In this document: positions 23,557-31,860 of the stretch, in pieces
How positions within the stretch are numbered: the first letter of the stretch is position 1
Layout: every line of letters starts with the position of its first letter
From: Thermoproteus tenax Kra 1
GTDB lineage: Archaea; Thermoproteota; Thermoprotei; Thermoproteales; Thermoproteaceae
Assembly: GCF_000253055.1 (NCBI RefSeq)
Contig: NC_016070.1
Location: 1,800,001 to 1,832,000 of the forward strand
Direction of reading: 5' to 3'
Length of the DNA: 32,000 nucleotides
Position numbers and translations under genes: made by a program
Notes under the pieces: generated by a model
The model's input: the letters and a program-made list of their open reading frames with translations, nothing else
What the model was told of the DNA's origin: nothing
Databases searched by the model: none

Positions 23557-24414
23557 ATGGGAGTCTCAGACTCTATTTACAATGTCCTCAAAACCTTAGT
23601 AGAGATATACAATCGACAAAATACTCCTGTTAAATCTAAGGAGATCGCGGAGGAGCTCAAAGTCCACGAGGGGTATATACGCAATATAATGTCAGTCTTA
23701 AAATCGATGGGCCTCGTCTTGAGCAAAGCGGGACCCCACGGAGGCTATGTGCCGACATCCAAGGCCTACGATATAATCAGCAAACAGACCATGTCCGTGC
23801 CTGTGTATCACAACAACAACGTGATAGGCTATGCGCTTGATATAACGCTGATAGGGCTGTTGACTGAGAAGCCTCTGGCGTCCGTGAGAGTCTTGGGCGA
23901 TCTCTCGCCGTATTTAAACAAGGAGGTCAGAGTGGGGCCTCTGCCGAGCGGCATCGTTATATTGGGCAAACTCGTTAAGGCGGACCTCGAGTCCCTAATC
24001 GAGGTGGGCTCCGTGGTCTCAATACCGCACGTGCCTGTGAGCGAAATAATGACCAGAAAGCCCTTGACCGCCAGGCCGGACGACCCTCTGGAGAAGTATC
24101 TCGACGTGTTGTCCAAGAGAAGATATAGAGGAATCCCCGTCGTGGACGACCAAGGGAGGCCCATCGGGCTGTTAATGACGTCGAAAGTCATCGAGGCGTT
24201 GGCCCGTTGCAATCAGAACGTAAAGGTGGGCGATATAATGACGACGAACCCGCCAGTGATAAACGCCTCCGACGACATCTATGAGGCGATAGGCTCCATG
24301 ATATCGAACAACATAGGCAGACTGCTGGTCGTAGACGACGAGGGCAAGCTGGTCGGTATCGTTACTAGGACAGATATATTGAGTAGAATAGCGTCCCTAG
24401 AGCTCATAGGGTGA
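23557..24414 (+). CDS. wHTH plus tandem CBS-domain protein (putative ligand-sensing regulator)
   Basis: The N-terminal wHTH reads SKEIAEELKVHEGYIRNIMSVLKSMGLV. Two C-terminal CBS repeats are present (IMTRKPLTA...GIPVVDDQGRPIGLL; IMTTNPPVI...LLVVDDEGKLVGIVTRTDIL). The TATA is at 23524-23537. Confidence 0.8.
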   Translation: MGVSDSIYNVLKTLVEIYNRQNTPVKSKEIAEELKVHEGYIRNIMSVLKSMGLVLSKAGPHGGYVPTSKAYDIISKQTMSVPVYHNNNVIGYALDITLIGLLTEKPLASVRVLGDLSPYLNKEVRVGPLPSGIVILGKLVKADLESLIEVGSVVSIPHVPVSEIMTRKPLTARPDDPLEKYLDVLSKRRYRGIPVVDDQGRPIGLLMTSKVIEALARCNQNVKVGDIMTTNPPVINASDDIYEAIGSMISNNIGRLLVVDDEGKLVGIVTRTDILSRIASLELIG

Positions 24415-25167
24415 GATATTGCAATCAAACTCGGCCTGTTCAACCCTTTTGAAGGCCAGATAGCCGGCCACGCGCCTTACGGCCTCGCAGAGGGCCTCCG
24501 CAGGGTCTCCCTTCCTCAACATCACCGCGGCGAAGACCGCCAAAAAAATATCGCCGCTACCCGTGGTATCCTCCACGTCTATGCTGGCGCTGTGCGCATA
24601 AAAGATCCGTTTGTTGACTGCCATGTACGCACCCAGAGCGCCTCTGGTATACAGGACTATACGCCATTTGTCGTTGAACTTAAGTATATCGCGCGGCTCT
24701 AGGGCCACATCGTCGTCTGAGAAGTGGAGTATATCTGCCTCAAGCGGCTCTGTCCTAGAGCGGATGAAGCCTTGTAGATCGACGGCCGAAATGTCTGCGT
24801 AGAAATCCACACGCCCGATCTCGTCATAGACGGGGTTTATGATGATCAAGGGCGCCTCGAATGTCCCTGATATCTTGACGGTGGGTCTCCTCAAGGCTCT
24901 GCTAGCTCTGGGCCTAACTCTGTAGTCAAGCTCGAAGACCGTGGTCGCGTCGCCCTCGATAAGCTTGGGCCTAACTCCTATCCTCGAGAGCTCCTCCTCT
25001 ATAAACTTTCTATCTTCGGGTCCCACGACGCCCACAGCCTCGACGTCATAGCCCAACGCCGTAAGGGCCATGCCCATGAAATAAGGAGGTCCGCCCATCC
25101 TCCTGGCAACTCCCTCGCTCGTTATCACGTAGTCTATAGTGGGGTTGGCTATCACTATGCTTCTCAT
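24397..25167 (-). CDS. PfkB-family sugar/nucleoside kinase
   Basis: It has the TTGSGDIFLAVFA (GxGD) motif. The ORF opens at 25197. The ATG at 25167 (MRSIVIANPTIDYV...) fits the shared AT-rich TATA at 25173-25193 better. Confidence 0.8.
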   Translation of the reverse strand: MRSIVIANPTIDYVITSEGVARRMGGPPYFMGMALTALGYDVEAVGVVGPEDRKFIEEELSRIGVRPKLIEGDATTVFELDYRVRPRASRALRRPTVKISGTFEAPLIIINPVYDEIGRVDFYADISAVDLQGFIRSRTEPLEADILHFSDDDVALEPRDILKFNDKWRIVLYTRGALGAYMAVNKRIFYAHSASIDVEDTTGSGDIFLAVFAAVMLRKGDPAEALCEAVRRVAGYLAFKRVEQAEFDCNISPYEL

Positions 25168-25172
25168 CGGGG

Positions 25173-25193
25173 GCAAATCAATAATTACTTTAA
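25173..25193. promoter_or_regulatory. Shared bidirectional AT-rich TATA region for the pfkB-like and cystathionine gamma-synthase-like genes
   Basis: CAAATCAATAATTACTTTAAAC is the only AT-rich element between two divergent starts (25167 on minus, 25206 on plus). Confidence 0.45.
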
Positions 25194-25205
25194 ACATCTT
25201 CCACT

Positions 25206-26357
25206 ATGCGGCGCAAGACCTTAGCTGTTAGAGGGCATGGATGGAGAGATCAGTTCGGCTCCCCTCTGCCCCCTATATACACGACGGCCATCTTTGAGCA
25301 AGTGGGGGAGGCGCGCAAGAGCGACAGAGGGGCGGACCTAAAGTACGCCCGTGAAGAGAACCCAACAGTCAGAGCCTTCGAGAGGGCTGTGGCCCAGTTG
25401 GAGCTCGGAGAGGACGCCCTCGCCTTCAACAGCGGAATGGCCTCAATAACCACTCTCTCTTTCTATCTGCTTAGCTCTGGGGACCTGCTCCTGACGACTA
25501 AGGAGGCGTATGGCGCCACTCTGAAGTTCTTTTCTTTTCTGGAGGGCAAATACGGGGTGAAGGCCGTAAAGGTTTTCCCAGAGACAGACGCTGTGGTCGA
25601 GGCAGTCAAGGGGAGGCCCAAAGTGGTCTTCCTGGAGACTATTACTAACCCCACTTTGAGAGTCTTGGACGTACCTGAGGTCATCAAGGCTGCGAGAGAT
25701 ATAGGCGCCACCGTGGTGGTCGACAACACCTTTGCAACGCCAGTGTTGGCCAATCCCCTGGGATGGGGTGCCGACTACGTAGTTCATTCAGCCACAAAGT
25801 ACATAGCAGGACACAACGATGTAGTAGGGGGAGTTGTAGTGGGCAAACGGATTGAGTTGGAGTTGTGGAGCCATCGGGCGATGCTCGGAAGCATTATGCA
25901 GCCGTTTGAGGCCTTCCTCTGCCTAAGAGGCATGAAGACGTTGTTCCAGCGCGTTGAGGCCCAGAGCAAGAGCGCCATGGCCATAGCCGAGTTCCTCTCG
26001 GAGCACAGCAAAGTCAAGGAAGTCCTATACCCAGGCCTTCCCACGCATCCCAACCACGATGTAGCAAGAAGGCTGTTCGGAGGACTTTACGGCGGGGTGC
26101 TCTCCTTCAGAGTGAGGGGAGGCAGAAGAGAGGTGGAGAGGGTCTTGTCGTCCCTAAAGCTTATAACACCGAGCCCCAGCCTTGGCGGCACAGAGACTAT
26201 AGCCACCTATCCTATCTTAAGCGCCGCCTCGCCGATACCTGAGGAGGACAGAAGGGAGTTAGGCATAACCGAGGACTTGATAAGGCTCTCGGTGGGTCTT
26301 GAGGACGTAGAGGACTTGATAGAGGATCTAGATCAAGCGCTAAAGTCCATCAACTGA
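25206..26357 (+). CDS. Cys/Met-metabolism PLP enzyme (cystathionine gamma-synthase/gamma-lyase or O-acylhomoserine sulfhydrylase)
   Basis: It has the HSATKYIAGHNDVVGG PLP-lysine block, PIYTTAIFEQ at the N-terminus, and LGGTETI...P near the C-terminus. Confidence 0.9.
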   Translation: MRRKTLAVRGHGWRDQFGSPLPPIYTTAIFEQVGEARKSDRGADLKYAREENPTVRAFERAVAQLELGEDALAFNSGMASITTLSFYLLSSGDLLLTTKEAYGATLKFFSFLEGKYGVKAVKVFPETDAVVEAVKGRPKVVFLETITNPTLRVLDVPEVIKAARDIGATVVVDNTFATPVLANPLGWGADYVVHSATKYIAGHNDVVGGVVVGKRIELELWSHRAMLGSIMQPFEAFLCLRGMKTLFQRVEAQSKSAMAIAEFLSEHSKVKEVLYPGLPTHPNHDVARRLFGGLYGGVLSFRVRGGRREVERVLSSLKLITPSPSLGGTETIATYPILSAASPIPEEDRRELGITEDLIRLSVGLEDVEDLIEDLDQALKSIN

Positions 26358-26382
26358 TTTAAGTAGAGGCCAACAAGCTCAT

Positions 26383-26799
26383 ATGAGAGTCGTCAGAACG
26401 GGTCTGCCGGTGACCGAGCTCCTAAACGAGCTCAGATCGGACCTACAGAGGGACGACTTGGAGGCGATGCAGAGGATACCTGCGCCGAAGGCTGGCGAGA
26501 GGTATAGAGACATAATAGCCGAGCTGTTCACCAAGTTCGGCGCTGCGGCTGTATATATCTACGTCAAAACCTCAAGGGGGGAGAAGCGGTATACAGTGCT
26601 CGCGCGTTATGACTGGTCGCTCGGAGGCTTCGCCGAGGGCTGGATTATTGAGGGCGACCAAGTCAGAATTTTCGAGCCAATTGGGATCAGCCTCAGCCAA
26701 TTCGGCGCCACGTTGGAGGAGTTCGGCGACTTGTTCTGGAGGACGGAGAATGCGCTGGCGGCTAGAAAAGTTGAGGCCGCTGGAAGGGAGACCCTCTAG
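26383..26799 (+). CDS. Hypothetical protein
   Basis: A 138 aa ORF with plausible composition. A TATA-like ATTTAAGTAG lies about 20 nt upstream. No family recognised. Confidence 0.45.
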   Translation: MRVVRTGLPVTELLNELRSDLQRDDLEAMQRIPAPKAGERYRDIIAELFTKFGAAAVYIYVKTSRGEKRYTVLARYDWSLGGFAEGWIIEGDQVRIFEPIGISLSQFGATLEEFGDLFWRTENALAARKVEAAGRETL

Positions 26800-27503
26800 C
26801 TTATTTTTATCGACGCCTCTCCTACGGGCATAACGTAGTCGATAATGGTCCTTCTGACCTCGTCGCCGCTCTTCAACGCCACCGTCGAGAGCTTGCGTTT
26901 GAGCGTCCAGTTTATCTCCACCAACTGCCCGAAGAAGCCTGTGTTGCCTCCGTCGAATATTAGCGCGTTGACGCCCAACTTAAATGGCACATGTTGCTTG
27001 ATCCTTCGCTCAGAGAGCGAATATACGACGGAGTCGAAGGTCTTATACCTTAGACCCTCGTCTGGGCTCAATATGAGATTCCTGCCGTCGTGGAAATGCA
27101 GTTGTATCCTATTGCCGGACACGTAGTTCTTCCCCTCTACTCGGAGAAGCTTGAGGTCGGCTTCGCCACTGGATATAGCCACCGGCCTTATGTACTTCAC
27201 GGGGTCCGGCACTATCCTGTAGACTTCGCCAGTGGGCACTATCTCCACTATGTCCATGACCCCTACAGGGAATTTATACTCCCTCCGCACTCTGCCGTCA
27301 ACTTTTATATAGCCTCGCGAGATTATATACCTTGCCTCTCTCAGAGTTTTGGCGTATCGTAACAAGTCTCTGACAAAGATGGCAAGGGGCATGGACCTAT
27401 GGAGCTTATGCGGTCCCGTGACAGGCCTTACGGTCCATACGCCGCCCTCCTTCCTTGCTATTGGCCACCACGCCGGGGATGCCGCGCGTCGAAGATGGGG
27501 CAT
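26796..27503 (-). CDS. rps4e: 30S ribosomal protein S4e
   Basis: MPHLRRAASPAWWPIARKEGGVWTVRPVTGPH... is a typical S4e N-terminus. The ORF is 235 aa. Confidence 0.9.
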   Translation of the reverse strand: MPHLRRAASPAWWPIARKEGGVWTVRPVTGPHKLHRSMPLAIFVRDLLRYAKTLREARYIISRGYIKVDGRVRREYKFPVGVMDIVEIVPTGEVYRIVPDPVKYIRPVAISSGEADLKLLRVEGKNYVSGNRIQLHFHDGRNLILSPDEGLRYKTFDSVVYSLSERRIKQHVPFKLGVNALIFDGGNTGFFGQLVEINWTLKRKLSTVALKSGDEVRRTIIDYVMPVGEASIKIS

Positions 27504-27525
27504 GCCCCACCCTTCAGGAGGCTTT

Positions 27526-27735
27526 TTAAGACTTTTCCTCGGCAGAGGAGTACTTCCGGTAGAGTATAGGCGCTATTATCCCTACGGCTATCCCCAAACC
27601 TCCTAGAGCAACGTCGCGGATGACTATGTCGTTTGATAACACATTAGCTAGAGATATGTCGTTAATGATTATGATAAGGCCCGTAAGCGCGGCCACTGCG
27701 CTTAATACATAGACTAGCACTGAACGCGCGCTCAT
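27526..27735 (-). CDS. Small two-TM membrane protein
   Basis: A 69 aa ORF with two hydrophobic helices. It sits upstream of rps4e on the same strand. Confidence 0.4.
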   Translation of the reverse strand: MSARSVLVYVLSAVAALTGLIIIINDISLANVLSNDIVIRDVALGGLGIAVGIIAPILYRKYSSAEEKS

Positions 27736-27779
27736 GCTATCAGAAGCAACCCCTTTATTTAACGTATTGTCTTACGTGC

Positions 27780-28523
27780 GTGTATTTGGGAAAAGGAGCG
27801 GCGAGCATCATACTTCAGGCGCTACATGGGGCAAGGGAAAGAATAGTTCTATCGTCGCCTTGGATCGGCAAACGCTACGTTGAGCTATTAGTGGAAAAGG
27901 CGCTGTCAGGCGTGTCGGTGACCGTCATAACGATGGACTTATCTGACAACGACGGAAGACTCCTCGCCAACGCCGCCGATACTTACGGCGAAGAGGAGGT
28001 CTCTAAGAGGAGCAGAGAAGTGGCCCGACTGAGAGCTGAATTGAGGCGCGCAAGGACGGCTGTAGTCAGAGACCTTGCGCTCGCTCTTTTCGCTTCATCT
28101 ATTTTTATTTTATTAACAAAGATATATAATTCATATTTTTTTATTGGCTCTATATTATTTATCATTATTGGAATTATTATGATATTTATAAGGCGGAGGG
28201 CCGTGTCGGACGTTAGGGCGAGACTGGAGGAGGCCGAGGCCGAGTTGGAGAGGGCCGTTGCAAACACCGAGGTGCTTCGTGAGAAGCTGAGGCGCAACTT
28301 AAGGGCGATCGTGGTGCCGCTTAATCGGGGGTTCATCCACGCCAAGGTCTACATAGTTGATAACAAGGCGTGGGCATCGTCAGCAAATCTGACCGACAGC
28401 GGGCTATATAACAACGTCGAGTTCGTGATAGAGGTTGATCCAAAGGTCGCTGAGGACGCCCTGAGGAGGCTGTTGGCCGAGCTAATCGGCCAGTCTGATG
28501 AAGATGCCGGGATAATCAACTGA
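27780..28523 (+). CDS. Single-HKD phospholipase D / Nuc-like family protein interrupted by a coiled-coil and two-TM insert
   Basis: A GTG start with a TATA at 27752-27763. The N-terminal PLD-fold strand-helix reads RIVLSSPWIGKRYVELL...VSVTVIT. The HKD motif FIHAKVYIVDNKAWASSANLTDSG has its His codon at 28338-28340. Between them lie roughly residues 70-178: charged helices flanking LALALFASSIFILLTKIY and FFIGSILFIIIGIIMIFI. Confidence 0.75.
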   Translation: MYLGKGAASIILQALHGARERIVLSSPWIGKRYVELLVEKALSGVSVTVITMDLSDNDGRLLANAADTYGEEEVSKRSREVARLRAELRRARTAVVRDLALALFASSIFILLTKIYNSYFFIGSILFIIIGIIMIFIRRRAVSDVRARLEEAEAELERAVANTEVLREKLRRNLRAIVVPLNRGFIHAKVYIVDNKAWASSANLTDSGLYNNVEFVIEVDPKVAEDALRRLLAELIGQSDEDAGIIN

Positions 28524-29735
28524 CATCTTGCCAGCTGAGACCAAGATGGTCTTGTGCCTTGACGCCAACTCTCTGAACAGCCTCTTTGTCTCACCGGTTT
28601 CTGCGAGCTCGAAGTCGCTCAGGACTATAACGACGGACTTGCGCCTGGCTTTAGAGAGCACGTACCGCAGCGCCTCGTCTGGTATCGTCCCCCCTCCCCC
28701 TCTCAGCCCCCTCCTCACTTTCTCCACGTCTGCCTCCCTCTTTAGCTCGATGGGCTCGTACGCTCTGACGTCCCACGGAACCAGCGTGATCTTTGTAGCG
28801 CCCGCCCTCAATACTCCGTATACCTCGGACATAAACCTTCTGAGCTTCTCGTCGTCGATCGACGCAGAGGTGTCTATCAAGATATATACATCGATGGGAT
28901 TTGAACCCAAGCCGATCTTGGAGGGATACCATTCGCTCTTCCTTGAGGGCCTTGACCACCGCTTTCTCACATCCCGAAGGTTGGCGAGCGCCTCCTCCAA
29001 CTCCGCCTTCAATAGCTTTCTCCAATCGAGGGTGGGCCTCTCCAGCTGGCCCACGATCCTCAACTGGCCTCCGGGCGAGGTGCCGGGATCCTTGTACGTC
29101 TGAAGCCTTCTAATGCCGCGCTCCAAGGCCCTTCTCACAGAGCCGGCGTCCTTCGCCCTCCGCACCTCCTCGGATCCTTGATTTATTAGACGGTAATCGG
29201 AGACCTCCTTGTCTCCTTCGGCTAGCCGCGATGACTGTTTGTACAGCCGAAATAGTTGCCTCCTGGACAGTTGCGAGAGCTTGGACGCTAGCTCTTCGGC
29301 GGACATCTTCAGTGCCGCAACCCTTGAGACGCCCACGTGGCCCGCCCTCAACATATCCCAGGGCACCTCGAAGCCGCTTGCCTCAAGCCTCTCGTTTATG
29401 ACCACGTCCGCTGCTACGTTGAAGGAGTAGGCTTCCTCGATCTTTCCCATCTTCATCAGATCCTTGGCCCTCTCCAAGTGGCCAAGATACGCGTGGAGAA
29501 CCTCGTGCATAAGGATGGCCGCTCTGTGTTCTGTGGACAGGGACTGTGAGAAGAACCTATCGCCGACCAAGATTGTGTTGCCGGTGAACATCGCATAGGC
29601 GTTCTTCGGGACATCCTTGGAATAGCCTATGGGAAACGACATGACTAAGAAGTAGTACGTGGGGTCCCTCATCATTAGGTACTCCTTGACCTTCTGGAAC
29701 TCGTTTAAAACGCGTTGGTCGTCCATCAGCTCCAC
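28482..29735 (-). CDS. Putative zinc metallopeptidase (HExxH) fused to a VWA domain (DUF2201/COG3864-like partner of MoxR ATPases)
   Basis: It has ILMHEVLHAYLGH in the N-terminal half and a MIDAS-like DVYILIDTSASID in the C-terminal half. It is 417 aa. Confidence 0.8.
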   Translation of the reverse strand: MELMDDQRVLNEFQKVKEYLMMRDPTYYFLVMSFPIGYSKDVPKNAYAMFTGNTILVGDRFFSQSLSTEHRAAILMHEVLHAYLGHLERAKDLMKMGKIEEAYSFNVAADVVINERLEASGFEVPWDMLRAGHVGVSRVAALKMSAEELASKLSQLSRRQLFRLYKQSSRLAEGDKEVSDYRLINQGSEEVRRAKDAGSVRRALERGIRRLQTYKDPGTSPGGQLRIVGQLERPTLDWRKLLKAELEEALANLRDVRKRWSRPSRKSEWYPSKIGLGSNPIDVYILIDTSASIDDEKLRRFMSEVYGVLRAGATKITLVPWDVRAYEPIELKREADVEKVRRGLRGGGGTIPDEALRYVLSKARRKSVVIVLSDFELAETGETKRLFRELASRHKTILVSAGKMSVDYPGIFIRLAD

Positions 29736-29965
29736 AGAGCCGACGCAACTTTTCTGACCTTCAGCGGCAGCTGCGCCACAAACTCCTCGAGCACGTCGCG
29801 CCGCATGCCCACCCTCTCCTTGAAGAGTCTCACGGCCGTCGAGAGTATATATGCATAGAACTCCCGCTCCTCTTCAGCCAATTTTTCCAGTAGCCCCAAG
29901 TCTATCGATCTCCCCGACAAATACCTATCTACTAGCGCCTTAGCGTAAAGAGAGGCGGCTATCAA
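29726..29965 (-). CDS. Small helical protein of unknown function
   Basis: A 79 aa ORF with a TTG start 8 nt after the AAA+ gene stop and a 10-nt overlap with the VWA gene start. Coding status is uncertain. Confidence 0.35.
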   Translation of the reverse strand: MIAASLYAKALVDRYLSGRSIDLGLLEKLAEEEREFYAYILSTAVRLFKERVGMRRDVLEEFVAQLPLKVRKVASALWS

Positions 29966-29972
29966 CTTCTGC

Positions 29973-30890
29973 TCAAGATCGAACTTTTTCCAATGCTCTA
30001 GCGGTCTTTCGAAAAAAGTCTTTGGGCACCTTCGACATATAGAAATTTAAGAACTTGGAGCCCACAGACCTCCCCACGTTGCCGTATATTATTTCGGCAA
30101 CGGTGTCCTCATCCGCGTTACCGCCGATTATGTGTAGCTGAAGGGCCAGGCGGGTCCAAGATCTGGGCGTCGGGTAGGGCTCCAGCCCCTCGGGCTCTTT
30201 TGGCACCTCGAAAAGGAACGAGGGGCCCTCTCTCAAGAACTCGCAGACGGCCCTCTCCCACGCGCTCCCATATCTATTGTCCATGTATGTGCACCATTCG
30301 TCGACTGTGGGAGGTTCAACGTTGAGCACGGTGAGCCTATTGAGGAGGGGGGCCGGCAGAGGCTCGGCGTCGGCGCTCATAGAGGGCGGGTTTCCCGCGA
30401 GTACTATTATCACATCCGGCGAGATGCGCCAGCTCCACCCAGCCTTGCCCTCCTGCACGAGACTATAGAAGAATACTCTCTGGTCAGCTCTCTTTACATT
30501 GGTCATCTCGTCGATGAAGAACAAGCCTCTGCACTTAGATAGTATCATCAGCCTCACAGGCGTCAAGAAGTCTACGACGTCACCTGAGGTCAACGGCTTC
30601 GGTATCGATACGTCCTCGGGGAATATGTGGGGAGCCGCCACTCTGAAGTACACAAAGTAGTCTCTACAGTTGTCTACAAGCTTGCGGGCGGTTTCGTTGT
30701 CGACTATATCCAGATCGACGAATATCCTGCCCTCCTTCCTCGCGAGCTCCCTCGCGTACTGTTCAGTCACCTCGGTTTTCCCGATGCCGGGCCCTCCCAA
30801 CAATAGGGTTCTGTTGAGGGTCTCTGGAGGAAGATTAAGTATCTGAGTGATTCTGACCACATGGCATACCTCTTTCCAATATAAAACCAT
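29973..30890 (-). CDS. MoxR-like AAA+ ATPase (AAA_5 type)
   Basis: It has Walker A LLLGGPGIGKTE, Walker B LFFIDEMTN and a MoxR-like PAPLLNRL. A GTG at 30860 (MVRITQILN...) fits an internal TATA-like GTTTTATATTGG better than the ATG at 30890. Confidence 0.85.
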   Translation of the reverse strand: MVLYWKEVCHVVRITQILNLPPETLNRTLLLGGPGIGKTEVTEQYARELARKEGRIFVDLDIVDNETARKLVDNCRDYFVYFRVAAPHIFPEDVSIPKPLTSGDVVDFLTPVRLMILSKCRGLFFIDEMTNVKRADQRVFFYSLVQEGKAGWSWRISPDVIIVLAGNPPSMSADAEPLPAPLLNRLTVLNVEPPTVDEWCTYMDNRYGSAWERAVCEFLREGPSFLFEVPKEPEGLEPYPTPRSWTRLALQLHIIGGNADEDTVAEIIYGNVGRSVGSKFLNFYMSKVPKDFFRKTARALEKVRS

Positions 30891-30914
30891 TTGGAGACGA
30901 TATAGCTAGCGAGG

Positions 30915-31667
30915 CTAGGAGAACAACAATTTGTAGAGCGCCAGGCACTCCTTATACGTGAGCCCCTCACAAGCCTTACCGGGCTTGCAGAACTCAGCCA
31001 AGTTGTTTACAAAAGCTACGGCGTCCTCTAGACGTCTAAAGAAGGCCGATGCATAGATGGCGCCGCTGAAGGCCCTCTTTATTATCGTTGCGCCTAAATC
31101 CTCAAGTATCTTCGGAGCCGCCATTATCACTGGGCAACCTCCTCTGATGGAGAGCCCTATATCGAAGCCGCCCTCGCATATATAGAGGTCCATGTCTCTG
31201 TTGTTGCTCACTATATACGCATAGATACATGCGCCTCTGAGGTCGACGTCTATGAACTTGGGCTCGATGAACTTGTAAACTACGTCTAAGAGCGCCGGGG
31301 CCTTGCGGTTCGCGCACTCGAGCGCCGACATGAAGTTCTCGAGCCCCTTAGTCGAGAAGGTCGAGTTGCCGTATCTGAGGACCACAGAGGCTCCGTGGAC
31401 GCTTATGTGGCTGAGCCTTCTTCCCCCTATGTTGCAGTAGACCGATCTCAACGAAGTTAAGCGCCACGTTGAAAGCCACGAGACGACGAAGGCCAGCGCC
31501 AGCGCCGTGGCTGCGACGTGGAGGCCTCTGATCCACAGAAAGGCGGACAGAAATAGGAATACGAGGAAGCCCCCACGCTCGAGGAAGAAGCGGTAGTAGC
31601 CAAGAAATAGCAACACCAATATTCCGTCTTCCAGATTAAAATTTCTTTTTCGAATGAAGTTCTGCAT
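30915..31667 (-). CDS. Membrane-anchored protein of unknown function; first gene of the MoxR/VWA operon
   Basis: A 250 aa ORF with 2-3 N-terminal TM helices and a Cys-containing soluble domain. The start is ambiguous: ATG 31667, or GTG 31616 downstream of the TATA-like AAATTTTAAT. Confidence 0.5.
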   Translation of the reverse strand: MQNFIRKRNFNLEDGILVLLFLGYYRFFLERGGFLVFLFLSAFLWIRGLHVAATALALAFVVSWLSTWRLTSLRSVYCNIGGRRLSHISVHGASVVLRYGNSTFSTKGLENFMSALECANRKAPALLDVVYKFIEPKFIDVDLRGACIYAYIVSNNRDMDLYICEGGFDIGLSIRGGCPVIMAAPKILEDLGATIIKRAFSGAIYASAFFRRLEDAVAFVNNLAEFCKPGKACEGLTYKECLALYKLLFS

Positions 31668-31757
31668 TTGGCGCAGAGCCGTTGAACACCTAGCCGAAAA
31701 CTACCCAATTTGCGAGAGGCTTGTTCCATTTTGGATCGGCCATCGGAAATGCCTCTA

Positions 31758-31860
31758 GGGGCTTTCTCCTCGCCTTAAGGGGCATCCACGATGCCTCAGC
31801 CGAGGAGTCTTGGGTTGTGACCCCCTCCTCGCCCTGATGGGTGAGGCTTTCTATTGTAAC
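31758..31860 (+). repeat. Hairpin-family copies D1/D2 with an intervening structured module
   Basis: D1 is GGGGCTTTCT-CCTCGCC-TTAAGGGG (31758-31782). A 7-bp stem CTCCTCG/CGAGGAG (31766-31772 with 31801-31807) encloses the hairpin GGCATC-CAC-GATGCC (31781-31795). D2 is GACCCCCTCCTCGCC-CTGATG-GGTGAGG-CTTTCTATTGTAAC (31819-31860). Confidence 0.45.

Noticed and set aside
28893-28909. Perfect tRNA T-arm-like GGGTTCAAATCCC on the minus strand
   Set aside because: It lies inside the VWA CDS, where it encodes LGSNPID. It has no matching acceptor, D or anticodon arms at tRNA spacing, so it is a coincidence.
31766-31807. Calling the stem / internal-loop / hairpin module an H/ACA guide RNA
   Set aside because: The pocket-like shape is present. 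However, there is no K-turn or K-loop in the upper stem and no ACA/ANA box at the expected about 14 nt from the pocket. It is reported only as structure within a finding.
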